From contig JBJOHF010000078.1 in NCBI GenBank assembly GCA_046047855.1, positions 1,723-65,722 of the forward strand: a DNA stretch of 64,000 bases, read 5' to 3'. Position numbers and translations under genes: made by a program. This document shows, piece by piece, positions 62,427-64,000 of this stretch. This stretch comes from Pseudomonadota bacterium (GTDB lineage: Bacteria; Pseudomonadota; Gammaproteobacteria; Burkholderiales; Burkholderiaceae_A). How positions within the stretch are numbered: position 1 is the stretch's first letter; the number at the start of each line of letters is the position of its first letter. The notes beneath the pieces are model-generated. The model was not told where the DNA came from, ran no database searches, and was given only the letters and a program-made list of their open reading frames with translations.

Positions 62427-62794
62427 GCACCATCTTGGTTATCGCACGATTCTCACTGCTGCTCAATGGCGTTTCGATGGACGTGGAGGCGGTGTCAGCT
62501 GAAGCTGGCGTATGCCCAAGATCATCCGCTTCGGCGATCAGTCTGATGCCAAGCACAGAAGAGGGCCAAGCCTTCTGTAGGGGAATGGCTTATGAGGCTG
62601 GGGTTGTTCGATATTGGGAGCTTGCAAAGACCAAATCGGATGTGGGGCCACCTCGGCTTGTTGGGTGGCAAACACGAACGCCTGCGAAAGAGTTCGCCAA
62701 GTTCATTGGCCGGAAGGGCCTCACGATCTCCTTCCCTGATTCCGCCCTTTCGTTTCAGTTTGAGCCTACGGGTCAGGCAGGGAGAGTCCCATGA
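62423..62794 (+). CDS. Hypothetical protein in Tad locus
   Basis: ORF with ATGA overlaps at both ends; no recognised motif. Confidence 0.55.
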   Translation: MSTILVIARFSLLLNGVSMDVEAVSAEAGVCPRSSASAISLMPSTEEGQAFCRGMAYEAGVVRYWELAKTKSDVGPPRLVGWQTRTPAKEFAKFIGRKGLTISFPDSALSFQFEPTGQAGRVP

Positions 62795-62937
62795 GACCGA
62801 GGGGCTCCGCTGCCGTTGAGAGCCTGATCCTGCTGGCACTCGCTGTATTTGTATTTCGTTGGCTTGTCGAGTTGGCGCCGAGTCCATTTGTTCAGTACCT
62901 CGTTGCCCAACTCATTGCGCTCCTTTTCACTCGTTAA
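62791..62937 (+). CDS. Small pseudopilin-like protein (48 aa; absent from ORF track)
   Basis: MRPRG|SAAVESLILLALAVFVFRWLVELAPSPFVQYLVAQLIALLFTR; GGAG SD; ATGA overlap; fills the gap to cpaB. Confidence 0.7.
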   Translation: MRPRGSAAVESLILLALAVFVFRWLVELAPSPFVQYLVAQLIALLFTR

Positions 62938-62950
62938 TTCGGAGGACACC

Positions 62951-63778
62951 ATGCAGTGGATTCAATCTCTGAGGCATCGACCTCGGCTTTTGGCCTTTGT
63001 CTTTGCATGCTCGGCTGCCATTGCTGCTGTTTGGCTGGCTTATGACTGGTCAGAGCAGCAGCAGGTTTATTGGCAGGAGCAATCTTCACCCAAGGGCGGC
63101 ATTGTTGAGGTCTTGGTTTTCGCAAAGGCACTCGATCTTGGCACGGCTCTAACAGAGCAGACAGTCGCCGTTCGTCAAGTGCAGAGGAATCTACTGCCTC
63201 AAGGGGCATACACCCCTGAGCAGTTCTCTGACGTGGCTGGCCGTCGACTCGCAACGGATGTTCGCAAGGGGGAGCTACTTCTCCCTCAGGCTCTCGCCGC
63301 AATCCAGCATCAGGACTCAGTCGCAATGGCACGTCCTGGCTATCGCTTGATCGCGGTCGAGCGATCGTCCGGTCAAATGGCTTGGTCTGCAATGACTCCT
63401 CGCGATCGAATCGATGTCTGGGCAATAGGATTAAATCCCGAAGAGATCCAACCCCCCCGAAATGAACAGGGCGGATTTCAACGAGAGTCGGCTGCGGCTC
63501 CCCTCATGGCAGCACGTCCAATTGCCTCTGGTGTTCGAGTCCTCAGCTCAGGAGACGCACAGGCGGAGAATGTCACGGCATCAGGGCAGGGGGTTGCAAG
63601 AAATGTGACTTACTTTTTGGAGTTACCAGAGCTTTCTGTGTCTGCGTATCTCGCCGCTGCATCAAGCAGTCAAGTGCGTTACGTGCTGAATGTGAACGGC
63701 ATGGCAAATGTGACCAAACCGCCGCCCAGGCCCAAGCCGATTGAAATCCTCACACACGAGGAAGGGGTGAACGGATGA
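62951..63778 (+). CDS. cpaB: Flp pilus assembly protein CpaB/RcpC
   Basis: GGAGG SD, N-terminal TM, SAF domain (VLVFAKAL..G..L...V), PGYR, DRIDV. Confidence 0.8.
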   Translation: MQWIQSLRHRPRLLAFVFACSAAIAAVWLAYDWSEQQQVYWQEQSSPKGGIVEVLVFAKALDLGTALTEQTVAVRQVQRNLLPQGAYTPEQFSDVAGRRLATDVRKGELLLPQALAAIQHQDSVAMARPGYRLIAVERSSGQMAWSAMTPRDRIDVWAIGLNPEEIQPPRNEQGGFQRESAAAPLMAARPIASGVRVLSSGDAQAENVTASGQGVARNVTYFLELPELSVSAYLAAASSSQVRYVLNVNGMANVTKPPPRPKPIEILTHEEGVNG

Positions 63779-64000
63779 AGACACTCATCGCAGTTTTTTA
63801 TCTGATCGCACTCCTCATGGCCGGATACTCAGCGGCAGCGCCCCTCGATCCTGCAATCGAAACCATGTCAGATCGAGAGATTCAGCTTCAGTCCGGTGAA
63901 TCACTGGTGCTCCAAACCCCAGGTGTAACGCGCGTTCTCTTTTCTAGAGGAAAAATTGTCTCTGCGAAGAGTATCGATACGAGTCAACTGCTACTGGTGG
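63775..64000 (+). CDS. N-terminus of probable Tad secretin CpaC/RcpA (truncated by window)
   Basis: ATG overlapping cpaB stop; signal peptide then IQLQSGESLVLQTPGVTRV; synteny. Confidence 0.6.
   Translation, partial: MKTLIAVFYLIALLMAGYSAAAPLDPAIETMSDREIQLQSGESLVLQTPGVTRVLFSRGKIVSAKSIDTSQLLLV

Overview
Gene-dense chromosomal backbone of a GC-rich betaproteobacterium (probably Burkholderiales; inferred from gene content and order, no search run). Left to right: TPR protein / mutM-mutY; kdsD-kdsC-lptCAB-rpoN-hpf-ptsN-hprK-rapZ, divergent from mlaFEDACB-ABC ATPase-bolA-murA-hisGD; an inverted hisC; hisBHAFIE-HIT-tatABC; degQ; petABC-sspAB; tRNA-Thr(TGT); abrB; hemA-prfA-prmC-grxD; an orphan response regulator; ilvA; an FAD/Fe-S oxidoreductase; phoBR; ubiE-Tim44-ubiJ; rlmH; an unusual biotin operon (bioA-bioF-amt-bioD-bioB-P450); a divergent operon (SAM methyltransferase-VOC-CsoSCA-like carbonic anhydrase-K+/H+ antiporter, then truncated globin and DUF1289); a Crp/Fnr regulator; and the start of a Tad/Flp pilus locus. 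I saw no mobile elements or CRISPR arrays. Most interesting: (1) a minimised P450 lacking the ExxR Glu and the meander, coupled to bioB, a candidate BioI-like pimelate route, with an Amt channel inside the same operon; (2) a carboxysome-type carbonic anhydrase with no carboxysome genes; (3) hisC inverted in place with a 23-bp back-to-back promoter; (4) recurrent -10 hexamers 6-7 nt before start codons, suggesting widespread leaderless transcription; (5) a 48-aa pseudopilin missed by the ORF track. All product calls come from motif recognition and synteny by eye.
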